Shown here: positions 9,406 through 23,100 of the stretch, one piece after another
How the letters are laid out: each line of letters opens with the position of its first letter
Numbering within the stretch: the first letter of the stretch is position 1
Source of the DNA: Macrostomum lignano
Lineage: Eukaryota
DNA: 64,000 nucleotides
Direction of reading: 5' to 3'
NCBI GenBank assembly: GCA_002269645.1
Contig: NIVC01003902.1
Span: forward strand, 1-64,000
Translations under genes and position numbers: made by a program
The notes under the pieces: generated by a model
Told to the model about the DNA's origin: nothing
Databases searched by the model: none
Seen by the model: only the letters and a program-made list of their open reading frames with translations

Positions 9406-11350
9406 GTTGGCTGTCTTTGTGGCTAACCCAGCAATTGCTAAGCTGGAGCCAACTTGGCAGCATCATCATAGCAGCAGCTGCCCACTAATAGGCATTGGCA
9501 ATCCCCTATTGGACTTGACTGTTCACGTCCAGCCTGATGTTTTGCAACAATACAAACTTGAAGAGAATAGCCAGTGTTTGGCTGGACAGCATCATGACAG
9601 TCTGTTCGATGCTATCATCAGTGGCCAGTTGGGCTCTTGTGTTCGGCTGCCTGGTGGAGCCACTATGAATTCTATTCGGGTGGCCCAGTGGCTGCTAAGT
9701 GAGTGATACAGTGCTTATACATGAAAATTTAAAACTGCACCTCAAAAATAGACTCGAGGACTCGAGGTACGAAACTACACCTTGATTTTTTGATACAATG
9801 TACATCAGATTGTCTGTGTAGAAGTATCAACTTCCGCTGCCTTTAAAAAGTTTGATATAACTTAGCTAGATTGGTGAGTGGGCTTGTCTCAGGTTTGGTT
9901 TCAACCTTCAGGCAATGGCGACAGCAGATCCTCAGTCACTGGATTCCTTGGCGCAGTTGGCACTGACGAAGCCGGCCAGTTGCTGTTCGATCTAGCTGGG
10001 CGAGCCGGCCTCCAGGCCCGATTAGAGCGAGTGTCCAGCAAGCCAACTGGCATCTGCGCCGCGCTCATCACTGGCCAGAATCGGACCCTGGTGACTCGGC
10101 TGGGCGCTGCGCTGCATTTCAGCGACGCCCATCTGGCTAGCGAGCCGTGCCAGTCGCTGGTTAATCAAGCTCGGATGCTTTACATTGGCGGATTCTTTTT
10201 CTCGTCTAATCCTGGCGCTATTGCTCGATTAGTGAAACTGGAGGGGCCGTTGATTGCTATGAATTTGCACGCCACTTTTCTGTGCGAAAATTTTGCCAAT
10301 CCTGAGGTGAGTATGGTATAGTTGCAGATTAGTATATACTCGTATATACTTGCTTAAATACGAGTACCATGGGTATTTCCTGTTGTTATTGCCAGCAAGC
10401 TAATAATAGAATAAAACCCTAAGCCAGGGAATTTCTAGAGAGGTCTTGAGATTTATTATCTAGGCTGGGATCTAGAGATTGAGGATCTGGGCATGACTGA
10501 CATCTAGAGATTGAGGATCTGGGCATGGCTGACATCTAGAGATTGAGGATCTGGGCATGGCTGACATCTAGAGATTGAGGATCTGGGCATGGCTGACATC
10601 TAGAGATTGAGGATCTGGGCATGGCTGACATCTAGAGATTGAGGATCTGGGCATGGCTGACATCTAGAGATTGAGGATCTGGGCATGGCTGACATCTAGA
10701 GATTGAGGATCTGGGCATGGCTGACATCTAGAGATTGAGGATCTGGGATTGGCTGACATCTAGAGATTGAGGATCTGGGATTGGCTGAGATCTAGAGATT
10801 GAGCATCTGGACTTGGCTGACATCTAGAGATATTGAATCGAACCATCGGTAGCTGCTCTCTCGTATCGACCTGCTGTTCGGCAACGAGCGCGAAGCCCTG
10901 ACTCTGGCGCGTCATCTTGCCGACTGCGGCGACGCAGAATTAGCCAAACTACCGCTGGACTGCGGCCAGAAGAACTCAATGATAAGTGACGATCTGCTTC
11001 TTCAACTGGCCGGCATCATTGTTGGCCGTCTGCGTCAGAGCCGTCGGCCGCGGGTGGTGTTCACCCACGGCGCCAAGCCGCTGGCCTTTGCCGCTGGCGG
11101 CAGCGGCGGCCCCGTCGGCCACCCGGTGCCGACAGTTGAACCAGCTCGAGTCCGCGACACCAACGGCTGCGGCGACGCTTTCGTTGGCGGCTTTCTAGCC
11201 GGCGCTGTCGAACAACTGTCCGATCCTGCCTGCGTCCGGCTCGGCCAGTACGCGGCCGAAGTTGTGATTGAGCAGGACGGCTGCAGCCTGCCAGATTGGG
11301 AGCCGCGACCGCCGCCGTCGTCTCAGCTGGACTTGCCGTTGGGTAGCTGA
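9406..11350 (+). CDS. ADK: Adenosine kinase (PfkB family). Three exons seen, start codon unresolved
   Basis: Exons 9406-9698, 9912-10306 and 10853-11350 with compatible phases. Motifs IGIGNPLLD, PGGATMNSIRVAQWLL, FLGAVGTD, TGICAALITGQNRTLVTRLGAA, IDLLFGNEREA and DTNGCGDAFVGGFL. No in-frame ATG precedes GNPLLD in the first visible exon. Confidence 0.93.
10470..10830. repeat. 32-bp intronic minisatellite (TCTAGAGATTGAGGATCTGGGCATGGCTGACA)n
   Basis: About 11 copies in the ADK intron 10307-10852, ending about 22 nt before the acceptor. Confidence 0.96.
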
Positions 11351-11892
11351 GTTACGAGCGTACGAGGCACGAGCGGAGTAACTTCAATATATGTGCTGCA
11401 GAAACCCCAGCTTTTGAATTGCATGCCGACCTCGTCTCTCCATTGATCAATATAGTTTACTGTTTAGGTTAAGCGGTAGTATTTACTGTAGCATTCTTAG
11501 TCTGTCTTGGCTTCCATTTCTTTCAATCTCTTCTGTTTTTGCAATTGCATGCAGACTGACAGATTTTTGCTTCTGTTCAGCTATTGCCCTACGTCCACGT
11601 GTTGCTAACTCGGGCTGCTGTAGTGTCTTATCCTATTTATTACAGCTGCTTAGTCTTTAATTACGCGCGCTTCAAGCTAGTCAATTATAATTAGCTCATT
11701 TTTCAAATTATGTAGGCAATTAACCTTTATATATTTATTTATATGTAGCTACAATCCAAAACATGTTAAGCTCCTATTTATTCTTATTTTCCTATTTATC
11801 ATGAGCCTATGATCGTATGCAATACTATGTTATTAGGCACACTGGTACAACTAAATATTTCCAGATCAATAGTTAATATGCATCTAATCTTG

Positions 11893-12520
11893 TAGCCAAT
11901 ATGCATAGTCTGGTAGTCAATATGCATAGTCTGGAAGTCCATATGCATAGTCTGGTAGTCAATGTGAAATGTTAATAGTCTGATAGTCAATATGGATAGT
12001 CTGGCAGTCAATGTGCATAGTCTGGTAGTCAATATGCATAGTCGGGTAGTCACTATGCATAGTCTGGTAGTCATTATGCAGTCAATGACTTCACAATGAA
12101 TAGTCATTGTGAATAGTCTGGTAGTCAATGTGCAATGTGCATAGTCTGGTAGTCAATATGCAGTCTGGTAGTCACTATGCAGTCTGGTGGTCATTATGCA
12201 TAGTCTGGTAGCCAATATGCATAGTCTGGTAGTCAATGTGCATAGTCTGGTAGTCAATATGCATAGTCTGGCAGTCACTATGCATAGTCTGGTAGTCATT
12301 ATGCAGTCAATGACTTCACAATGAATAGTCATTGTGAATAGTCTGGTAGTCAATGTGCAATGTGCATAGTCTGGTAGTCAATATGCAGTCTGGTAGTCAC
12401 TATGCAGTCTGGTGGTCATTATGCATAGTCTGGTAGCCAATATGCATAGTCTGGTAGTCAATGTGCATAGTCTGGTAGTCAATATGCATAGTCTGGCAGT
12501 CAATATGCATAGTCTTGCAG
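11893..12520. repeat. 21-bp minisatellite (ATGCATAGTCTGGTAGTCAAT)n with a 225-bp block duplication
   Basis: The interrupting motif GTCAATGACTTCACAATGAATAGTCATTGTGAA occurs at 12081 and 12306. Confidence 0.93.
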
Positions 12521-13469
12521 CTAATGCTATTTTAGCTAATGGATGGATACTGTCTGAACACTCCCTGGATGTTTGTATTACCCAGTTGGATTCACCTGCA
12601 AGTACTGGCAGACGATGAGACAGCATGGGAACACACCGAATGAAGTTTGGCATGTAATGCTGGAAGTAAGAAAAGGAATTGGACTATTTAGTGGTAGAAA
12701 AACTTCATGCGCGCTTTGACGGCTATGTATCAATAAATATAAAGGAGAGAAGACTTCATGATTGAGTTGGAGTCATGGAGTGTTTGTGAGTGTATTTGAG
12801 CTTTGTGCCGTCACACATTCGGTATAGGAATGTCTAAAAGGCGATGCCTCAAAAATTGACTCCAAATTCAAAAAGCAACCCAGCTAGTAGCCAGAAAACT
12901 GCACTGGCAGTCACGCAGTTCAGCATTCATCGGAAAGTGTGGGTTGATAGTAGCTGATTGACAATAAGCTCGCTAGAGCTCAGGTATTATAGCTTATTGC
13001 TGGCTTTTATTCATAATTAAGTCGCTAGGAAGTAAAATTTATTTGTCTCTAAAGCCAAGCGGCTTAAATAGGAATATTTTTAAAGTTGGTAATGCTAAAC
13101 AATACTCGTGGAATTGGATAATTATACTACTGGATAAAAAGCTTAGCGTAGTATTGAATTTGAACCTGACGCCTGGTGGGCTGTATGAATAAATTGAGCA
13201 TTTGGTCAGACTCGCAGAAAATCTAAATGCAGCATGAATACTTCTGAGCAACAGACTCGGATGCTAAGGCTGACGCAAACTTTCAGGGTCTGTATATGAA
13301 TAAACTCAGGCCATACAAAAATTTGCTAAGCTGAAACGCGCAAAATATTGAGGCCAGCCAGTGTCTATGCTCTTATTTTGCTTGATTTGGGTAGCACGCA
13401 CATGGACCGCTTACAAAGCTGAGCTACCAGGGAAAGCAGCAATAAGGATCCTATATATAAGAAAAAACT

Positions 13470-13655
13470 TCGCATTGCTTTGCACAGCTTTCCCAGTGAC
13501 GCCAGCAACGCCCAGAAGTGGATCACAGTTTTAGATGATCCCGACGTCAAACCTCAACTGTTACGAGCTAGACATTGTCCTCTGGTCTGGTCAGACAGAG
13601 AAACAAACCGCGTATGCCGGATTAGAAAGAATGCTTTGCCATCCGTCCCTTGCAG
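13470..13655 (+). pseudogene. Degenerate THAP zinc-finger domain fragment (transposase-derived)
   Basis: ALHSFPSDASNAQKWITVLDDPDV...RIRKNALPSV resembles the THAP LHxFP..W core and the AVPTIF-box region. The upstream frame is broken. Confidence 0.6.
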
Positions 13656-14187
13656 TCTTCCCGGCCGAAACTTCTTTGCATGTGTTTACCATTACATTCG
13701 TGTACGGGCTGCTGTTCAGATTCTGTAAGTGAATTCGCACTTGCCCTGCCACGGGAAGCCTGCAAGCGCACAATCAATCAATCGACTGCGTCGCAAGTTG
13801 CAATTTCGGACCAAAGCAGAAGTCTGCTCGACAGCAATATGCAATATACTCTATGCGTTAGACTCCATGGCTTTTGCTTATATTCACTCAATGGGCCATC
13901 TAGTGAATGTATAGGATCTATGGCTTAGACTAAGATTCCTAACTGTATAGTGCCTTTCACAGATCCTCCGATAGAGGATCTGAGGGTTGCTCAGTCTCAT
14001 AGATTAAGCTATCTTAGAACTAGACAGTTACTGCTCGCTCATTTTATTCATACGGCCTATGATGTCTAGCTTCCACTTGATACTTTGCATTTGATAACTT
14101 GCATACGTCGTATGTAAGATTTCATTAAATAAGTACATCAAATCGTATATTGAGTTGAGTAGAATGGTTCCCATTGCAGCCAATCCT

Positions 14188-17100
14188 TCAGATTGCAGTC
14201 TCTCGATTTTCACAGACCGCATTCGCCCGTCTTTCTGACAGCCGCCCAGGGAACAGCGGCAGGCGGTGCAGGATCGGCAGGTGGCGGCTGTAGAATCTGT
14301 GGAAGGCGGTCGATTCGTAGCAGTCCACCTGCCAGCGAAGCTCTGCCTCAGTTTGGCAACTTCCTGGTGTGACGCTATCAGCTCCTTCCGCTTCAGCTTC
14401 AAGCCCGCGCTCTTTGCGAGTCCCTGCAGTGGATGATGAGCGGAAGAGCAAAGTTGTGATTCTGTCACTATGCTGGTTTAGGCTTTTGCAGCAAGCTTCT
14501 CGGAATGCAAGCTGTACTCGTACTTTCCTTGAAATGAATTTTAATTGCAGCATTGCAGGGTAACAGGCTCAATTGTTAACCCTCTTAGTATTAAATGTTA
14601 CGTCAAATTTGGCCTTCCATATTTTTCAATCCAAAGCAGCAGTCTCGATTACACTGGAAAAAGGCATGAAACTTATTTAATTAACCTGGACTTTGATCTG
14701 GTCTGACCTGGAAGACACGAATCGAGCAGCAAAGCTGTGCCTGTGCCTACAAGCATCTCGTTGCTTAGCAAATCTTGCGCGATGCCCATTGCAATAGCTT
14801 GCGCTGAATCTGTAATTGTTTGTTTCAGGATTTTCTAAGATTGCATTCGTAATTCCTGGCCTGGAGTCGAATGCGCACAGTATGAAAACTCACCGCTCAT
14901 TGAGGTGGCATCGCGGTGACGGCTCGCTTTGATCTGCAGCGGCACAACCACACCAAGGAAGACACTGAAGCCGAACACGAACGCGTTCCTCGGTCGGTCC
15001 ATCCGGACGCTACTGAGGCTGCCCGCTGCGACGCCGCAGATGATGCCGATGGTTGCCAGCAACACGCCGCCGATGATCGGGTCCGGGACGCATACGAACA
15101 GCGCACTGAGCTTCGGGAACAAACCGAAGATAACCATAATCGCTGAGGTCGCGTGCATGACTCTCCGGCTCGCCACCTTCGTCATGCTGATGGCGGCGAT
15201 GTTGTTGCTGTAGGAGGTCGGGCCCACCGGCAAGCCGAAGAGACCGCTTAAGAAGCAGCCGAAGCCCTCGGCAGCAATTCCTGAGACAGGAAGTACAGTT
15301 TTTCTGTCAAAATTTCAGTCAGCGTTTTGCCTCAGTCCCTTTGCAGCATGCTTCTTTATTAATCTTTGTCAATCTAATAATTAAAGTTCCATTTGTGAGT
15401 CAATTAAGTAGTTTTCAGTTTCTTTCTGGCTATGCGTCTAAGGATTAAGGTTGCTATTTACCCTAGATACTACTGAATCTAGTAGCAAGTGTAGAATGTT
15501 ACGCACCGCGATTCATCGGGAAGCCGACAGGCCTGGGAGAGCCGCAGAACTTGGCGCAGGTCACGTAGTCACCGATGCTCTCCATGATGGACACGAGGAT
15601 GGCGCAACCGACCGCCACCACGCCCGGCCCGTTCACCGACAGGCTGCCGAACTGCAGCGGGTGCGGCACGCGGAACCAGCCGGCGTTGAGCACGGCGGAA
15701 GACTTGATGTCGGTGCGAGCGCCGTAGCCCCAGGCCTCCGGGCTGCTCGGCAGGACATTTGTCACGGTGAGCAGGTGGCACAGCGCGTACATGATGGCCA
15801 TGGATAGTAGAATCTTGATCATTTTGTACATGTTTGACAGGGTTTTCCAAGTATTATTAAAAATGATCGAAGTATCCAATATATAGACTAGGAATATAGA
15901 TTAGGAAGGACATTAGCTACAGACCTCCCCGCAGTAATTCTACCGTGACTTTGACAATGAAATCAAAATGAAACCATAAGCAATGATTCGAACCAGTAGA
16001 GAGATCAGGACCAAAACGACCTTAATCGATAACGAAGAGAAATCATTATCCCTTCCTTAAGCTGTCATGTTCGGAGTCTGTTCATTGCAGAGCCTTAAGT
16101 TGACATCTTCTTTTGTGAGTTGAGCTTGCAAAATGGTTTAATATGTAAGTTTGAGGTAGCATGCATTACTCACTGGCAGGGTTGAGAACGCCGCAAATCT
16201 TGTAACGAGCGGTTTCCGATTACGAATGGAGAAGTAAGGGATCGGAATTTTGACTCGGTCGAGCACATAGGTAAACACTATGATCAGAATGCAACATCTG
16301 AAAAATGTTAAACAAGGCAGAAGTAACACACAGTACTCCTTTCGAGACATGCTAGGAAAAAAGTTACACAAATTTCTCACACGATCGATATGTAGAACTG
16401 CGGCGCACACAGGTTCAGAACGGCGCCCATGACACTGAAGCCGATGAGAAAAATTGTTGGCGCCACGACTAGAGGACTGACGAATCGCAGCAGGTGACTC
16501 ATCACTCCGGTGCTGCCGATGAGAAGCTGAACGATGGAGCCGGCTGCGATGGTTCCGGCCACTTGTCCGACTCGTCTGTGCCAGATCTTCTCGCCCGGCT
16601 GCGAGAAAGCCAACGTGCCGTTGTGATGCAGGGTCGCATTGTCTGGAGGAGTGGTGAGGGGTCGACGAGCACAACGCTGACATTGACGTTGCTTCAGTCC
16701 GGCTACTGATCGTTCTATGCAACTATTAAGGTCGGTTCACATTACCAGGGGTGTAATATTTCTCAAGTTAGTTTTAAAATACGTTTGAACCAACTGTATA
16801 TTGATTTCAGCAATTTCCTACCTGGGGAGCTATTAGCGATAATGTAAGCGGCCTATAGGGTCCGATCAGCCTACCTCATAGCTTTAACTTAATTAATGCC
16901 TTCGTGTCTCAGTTATTCTTCGTTTGTTCTGCCCTAGAAGACATTGACTTGTTGATTCTTAGCAGATATTGTCTTATCTTCTTGGGTTGCTGCGCAAGTA
17001 CTTGCAAAAACGTGCAAGATCTTTGCTATAGTAATACTTAGGTAAACTTACCAGATCTGGGTGACTTGCTACATCGTACAAGATCTTAGCTTTTATATCT

Positions 17101-18373
17101 TTTTATAGCTTCGAATTGCATATTTTCTTAAATTTATTGTCCAATTTGGTCATAAAATAAAATATAGTTCAGCTAGAACACTTTAGCCGAATGAATAACA
17201 AAAAATGTACCTCCCATCTTAAAAGATCCTGCAAGAACCGAGCAGATTGAGAAGATCTGCTAAGAATGGCACAGAGACAAGATCTGCTAAGTTTGAGAAA
17301 CAGAATGTCCTCTAGGGTGTGGCGTTTTGCTAGCCAACCAGTTATTGCGGATGCTGTACCGGAAAGTGGGTGAGATAAAATCTCGGATAGTAATCTGGAG
17401 TCGGAGGCGAGGACTACTAAAGTAACGTAATATTTACAAGTGTCGCGTCCTGTATAATCTTGTAGAGGTCCTTGGACGGAAGCTACAGCTGAGGAGACCC
17501 CGGAAAAAAGAGGCTGCCAAGATCACAAATGAATTTTGGTTGAAATCACAAAGTTTTGCAAATACCCATTGCTGTTATTTGTGCTCCCCTGTAGAAAATA
17601 TCCGTCTAGCAAACTGGGTTTTCACTTACTCTTATCCTTTCTCACCCTATAACTATCTCTACCGACGTGCACCAACGCATTGTAACAAGTTTTATGTAGC
17701 TATCAAACGTGTGCTCAAATTTACGGGTCCTCAACTTAGATGCCCCGTTCTACATTCACAACTACGCAAGCGCACGTCCTTGTCATTGGCCCATATACTC
17801 GTAGAAGCACGAGAGTGTAGGGCCCAATATGTTAAATTGGGTACTCAATCCAATGACAGGGAGAGCCTGCAGTTACCTTTGACCTGTAGGTCCGGGCACT
17901 CAAGACTGTCTCCAGCCATGATGCCGATTGCCACAGGGTAGAACACGATGCTCGGGCCCTGAGCGATGGGCAGTCTGGTGCCCAGGGTGCACTGCACAAA
18001 GGTTGTGATGCCCATGACGAAGAAGCTGGAGGCGATGAGGTTCGATTTGTCCACCTCGTCCTGTACACAGGCGGCGTCGAACAGGATGATGACGCCGAAT
18101 GCGCAGCCGCTGCTCATGATGACGAAGTGCTGGAAGCCCATGAGCAGCGTCAGGTACCAACTGGGCTTGTCGTTCAGTCCGTAGGTCAAGTGCAAAGCTG
18201 AAGAGCAAAAAATGCAATTTTTCAACTACTCGTACTTTCTTATCTTAAAAATGCATAAATGCCTTACCGGAACCACTTCCCGAGTTAGCCTCGGTCTCCT
18301 TGACCTCGTCATCATGATTATGGTCCTTGAGGGCCCCCAACTCGTTGACTTCCGCCTCCTTTTCGGCTGTCAT
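14188..18373 (-). CDS. SLC23/nucleobase-ascorbate transporter, paralog A, 8 exons, 614 aa, apparently intact
   Basis: Exons 18373-18268, 18197-17877, 16642-16381, 16297-16174, 15813-15507, 15280-14894, 14809-14708 and 14423-14188. All introns are GT-AG and phase-compatible (1845 nt). Motifs LMGFQH, GTRLPIAQGPS, MESIGDY, TSYSNNIAAISMTKVASRRV, PDPIIGG and PGTRKERGL. Confidence 0.92.
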
Positions 18374-19984
18374 TGTTGCTTTTCGACCAACAAAGTCTGC
18401 CGCGCTTGTTATTTCTGCAGTTGCGAGCCGTATATCTAGCTGTGAAAAATTGTAGTCCAAATGTAAAGTTGGAAGCAGCCAGGATTTTTTCCAGCTCAAA
18501 GTGAGTAGCGAATCAGGTGCTCCTCAGATTCTTTCAGCTGTCTCTATTGCAGGAAGTTGTAGCTATCTGGGAAGAGTGTACAAAGAGATATCTCCACAAA
18601 TGCAGCTCCGTGGAACCAAAAAGCCAAAGAAACGCAATGTCGTCAATTAAGAAGCTCAACCTGTTAGTAATACAGAAGAACGCAAAGCAAGCAGATCGAG
18701 CCATGCGGTTTCATTAAAATACTCTCGAAAGCAAATGTGGAAGCACTGTACGAGCGTAAGCTATAGCTATATAGATAAGATTAGGGAGAGGAACCGGCTT
18801 AGCATTCCAGTTGCAGTTGAGAAGAAATTATGTGAGTTATTGGCAGTAAATTAATATATATGCATTCGGCTGGACCGCCACAAAATACCGTATATAAGAA
18901 CTGACAACTCGATTAATTAGAACACGAGCGTTCAACAAAAGTACCAAGCATTAATTGTAATGATTAGCTTTTAATTGATACTCTACAAACAGCAAAAATA
19001 TCAGGGAAATACGCTAAGAAAAAAATATATGTCCAAGGAGGCGAGGAGTTTTCGTTTAAGTACGAGAGGTGTGGGCCCAATAACAGCTCATTTTCAATTC
19101 GGTCTATAGACTGGTTCTCAAACCTCTGTCATTAAGGCTCCAAATTACACTATTAGGGTTATCCATAAATTATGCATAATTTTTTAAGTCTAGAAAAATT
19201 CGATTACGTTGAACGCGTAAAGCCTTTAACGCGTTCTCTATTAGCACCTCTGAAAGTTAAGCAGAGTTGGCCGTGGTTAGTACGCAGATAAACGGGTTGC
19301 TTTCATCGTCACCCCCTCAGGTTAGCTACTGTAATCTGAAAATAGTTATACGTTAGTCTAGATTGTTTTTTGAGGCTTGTAAACAAGACAAAAATTCGTA
19401 CAAAGGAAAAATCCTGAAATTACGACTACTACCAATATTTATATTTAGTTGTTGATTTGCTCATTTCAGATTTTTGCAGATAAAATATGTACTAATCATA
19501 TTTTTGCAGCCAATCAAACTATGAGTCACTTCTCAGCTGTCAGTTCTTATCTCAACTGCAATGCCAGCGTTTACTCAGAATTTATGACACCCAAAGTAAG
19601 ACGTCCAGTACTTCAGGGCCAGGAAATGACCAAATCTGTTATCAGAACTCACACTGGAAGCTTTTCAATGAACATGCCGCCACGAGCCGACTCAAAGTTG
19701 CTGATTAATCACACGGCAGGCTCAGCACGCAGGTCTTTAACACTATATTTTATTTGTTCAATAAAGAATACCTGGAATTGCTTGGCTTGGTCACAGAGCT
19801 ACTCGAAATATTTTCTGTGGCATGCATTTTTCCAAGTATATATGGCAAATACAAATTGTAATACTGTATTCTGTATTTCCAGGGAACTGTTACGTTTCAT
19901 AAATTTCTGAAAAGTCAGCTACGTTTCTTTCCACGCCCTGCTTCCAAATTTGACACGGAAAAATCCTTGTTTTCAAATTCCAAA

Positions 19985-20170
19985 AAGTCAATTAAGCCAC
20001 ATCCTGGTATCCGAATCCCCAAAGTCAGTCAAGCTGCATCCTGGTCTGAGAATACCCAAAGTCAGTCAAGCCACATCCTGGTCTCCAACTGCCCATAGTC
20101 AATCAAGCCACATCCTGGTCTCCGAACGCCCAAATTCCATCAAGCTACATCCTGGTCTCCAACTGCCCAC
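19985..20170. repeat. ~39-bp tandem repeat overlapping the 3' end of SLC23 paralog B
   Basis: About 4.5 copies of AGTCAAGCCACATCCTGGTCTCCAACTGCCCAA-like units. The last unit supplies the TAG of paralog B at 20145-20147. Confidence 0.85.
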
Positions 20171-23100
20171 GGTCCGCATTCGCCGGTCTCTCTGACAGCC
20201 GCCCAAGGAACAGCGGCAGGCGGTGCAGGATCGGCAGGTGGCGGCTGTAGAATCTGTGGAAGGCGGTCGATTCGTAGCAGTCCACCTGCCAGCGAAGCTC
20301 TGCCTCAGTTTGGCTTAATTTGGTGGCTCCCGTAGTGTCAGCGGCTTGCGATTGGACTTCTAAGCCTCGCTCTTTGCGAGTGCCTGGATTTAGAAAGTTT
20401 GATTGCTTTTACTATTGTTGTAATAGCAATTTTTAACCTTAAAATTGCAATGCGATGTTCACAATAGCACTAACGTTAGCGAACTGTACAATAGACTAGC
20501 TCGTATATGCGAAAAATGCTTTAGAAGGCATCCAGCGCACACCTGGCAGCAGGAGGTCCAGTAGTGCAGCTGTGCCAGTCCCAACTAACATCTCATTACA
20601 GAGCAGATCCTGAATTGTTGCGACTGCGGTTGATTCGTCTGCAAAACAGGTTTGGTTCCAGAATCATAACGTTAGTACACCTTAAAACAAATTGCTTCAA
20701 ATCGAAACAAGATCGAACGGAATCTTCTCCAAAGAACCTCAAAGATCAATAGGAACGAATAGTAAGTGGGACGGAGTCCTCCTAAGCACTGTTTACTTGC
20801 ATAAGTCAGTTAAAATTGACTTCAAGCTTCATTTTCGAGGTATTGTTGCATGTAGTTAAGCTCAGATTCTGGGCCATATGAGCCTTGGCCATGGCCCCAA
20901 AAGGCAGAGTAAACTACACAAACCGTGTTTGGAACTCAGCTTGATCACAGTATTGATTACGCTTTCGACCACCGCTACAAGTAGTCCACCGCAATCGCGC
21001 TGGGTTGGAGAAGCAACGAGCATACCTTGTCTGTTCTGTCGGCTTGCTTTGATCTGCAGCGGCACAACCACGCCAAGGAAGACACTGAAGCCGAACACGA
21101 ACGCGTTCCTCGGTCGGTCCATCCGGACGCTACTGAGGCTGCCCGCTGCGACGCCGCAGATGATGCCGATGGTTGCCAGCAACACGCCGCCGATGATCGG
21201 GTCCGGGACGCATACGAACAGCGCACTGAGCTTCGGGAACAAACCGAAGACAACCATAATCGCTGAGGTCGCGTGCATGACTCTCCGGCTCGCCACCTTC
21301 GTTATGCTGATGGCGGCGATGTTGTTGCTGTAGGAGGTCGGGCCCACCGGCAAGCCGAAGAGACCGCTTAAGAAGCAACCAAAGCCCTCGGCAGCAATTC
21401 CTGAGACGGGATGTATAGTTTTGTAAAGAGCTGTTGAAATCATACGTGCTACTTAAAGTAGTACTCAAAGTCAATCTACGAGTAAATCTGCAGCCTTTTT
21501 TGAAATGATTCATGCGCAAGCAGTGACTCAGAACCCTAAGTAGAACCAACGTTTTTTTATCACGGAACTGGGTGTAGCAGCTATTTGCTTAACTCCATCT
21601 GTGGTAATGCCACCCGAAAACCTAACAAACATTCATGATCCCTTAATCAACTGCGTATGACCTAAGTAAATATCCGATCTTAAACCGAATTTTCCAAAAA
21701 CTCAACTATAAATATAAGTGAAAATCCGAGTCAAAAATCCAGACACTGCTCTCAAAAGACTTTGAAGAATAAGAAAAGAAGACCTATTTCTGGGGGACGA
21801 AACTCTGTTCAATTGGTAAGCGCTTAACAGATTTAATTCCTTGTAGCCACAGTGTTAATAAGTTGATTAATTAAGTTTACGAGAGCCGTCTACACATTTG
21901 AGAAAGGCCTTCTTGTTTCCTAGGATACATTCCTAGAGGGTTTATTGATTGATTTGAGTTATCCGTTACGCTTCGGACGTAACGAAGAAGATGCCCTTCA
22001 GGAGGACCTGCGAGTATTACAGATACTGGAGACTCGGAGAATTCAATTTTCATGAGGGCGCACGTTCTATTGTTAATTCCGAGCTCGAGGACACAGTCAA
22101 GACTTCTGATTCGCTCTCGCTTTTGGTTGACTTCCAGATAAAGTCATGCACATCCTAAGACAAGTCCTAACCAATCTACTGCCCACAAGGCCAGCTATAG
22201 CTCCCCTAAACCCCTCGAGCCCAGGGCGACCAAGCCAGACGTCTGCAAATCACCGGAAGAGCACGCTCCAGTAAGAGTTATCTGATTTTGCATATGCCTG
22301 GGCACTTGTTCCCCAGTGTCTAGAAGTGAGCGTTTTTGAGTCACTGATCACAAGTCCTAAACTCTTCAGTTTCTCTGTTAAAATTGCAGTCAGCGTTCTG
22401 CCTCAGTCCCTTTGAAGCATGCTTCTTTATTAATCTTTGTCAATCTAATAATTAAAGTTCCAGTTATGAGTCAAAGTATAGTTTTCAGTTTCTTTCAAGC
22501 TATTGTGTCTAACGATTGAGGTTGCTACTTACCCTAGATACTACTGAATCTAGAAACAAATCTAGCTACGCACCGCGATTCATCGGGAAGCCGACAGGCC
22601 TGGAAGAGCCGCAGAACTTGGCGCAGGTCACGTAGTCACCGATGCTCTCCATGATGGACACGAGGATGGCGCAACCGACCGCCACCACGCCCGGCCCGTT
22701 CACCGACAGGCTGCCGAACTGCAGCGGGTGCGGCACGCGGAACCAGCCGGCGTTGAGCACGGCGGAAGACTTGATGTCGGTGCGAGCGCCGTAGCCCCAG
22801 GCCTCCGGGCTGCTTGGCAGGACATTTGTCACGGTGAGCAGGTGGCACAGCGCGTACATGATGGCCATGGATAGTAGAATCTGTTGCATTCGGTGTGATA
22901 ATTTTGCAAGTAGCCACCTTATAACGTTGCGAAATTCAATACGATCCATCGCCAGTTAGAATATCCCACAAAGCGTTTATTGTTATTTGCAGACTGGCAA
23001 AGAAACTAAAACAGCGATTGTTTACTCAAACATATAGTGTCAGCTTAACACGGGAAGCCGGTTCTTTGCTCCGGTGATGTCAAAATCTTGATTACTCTTT

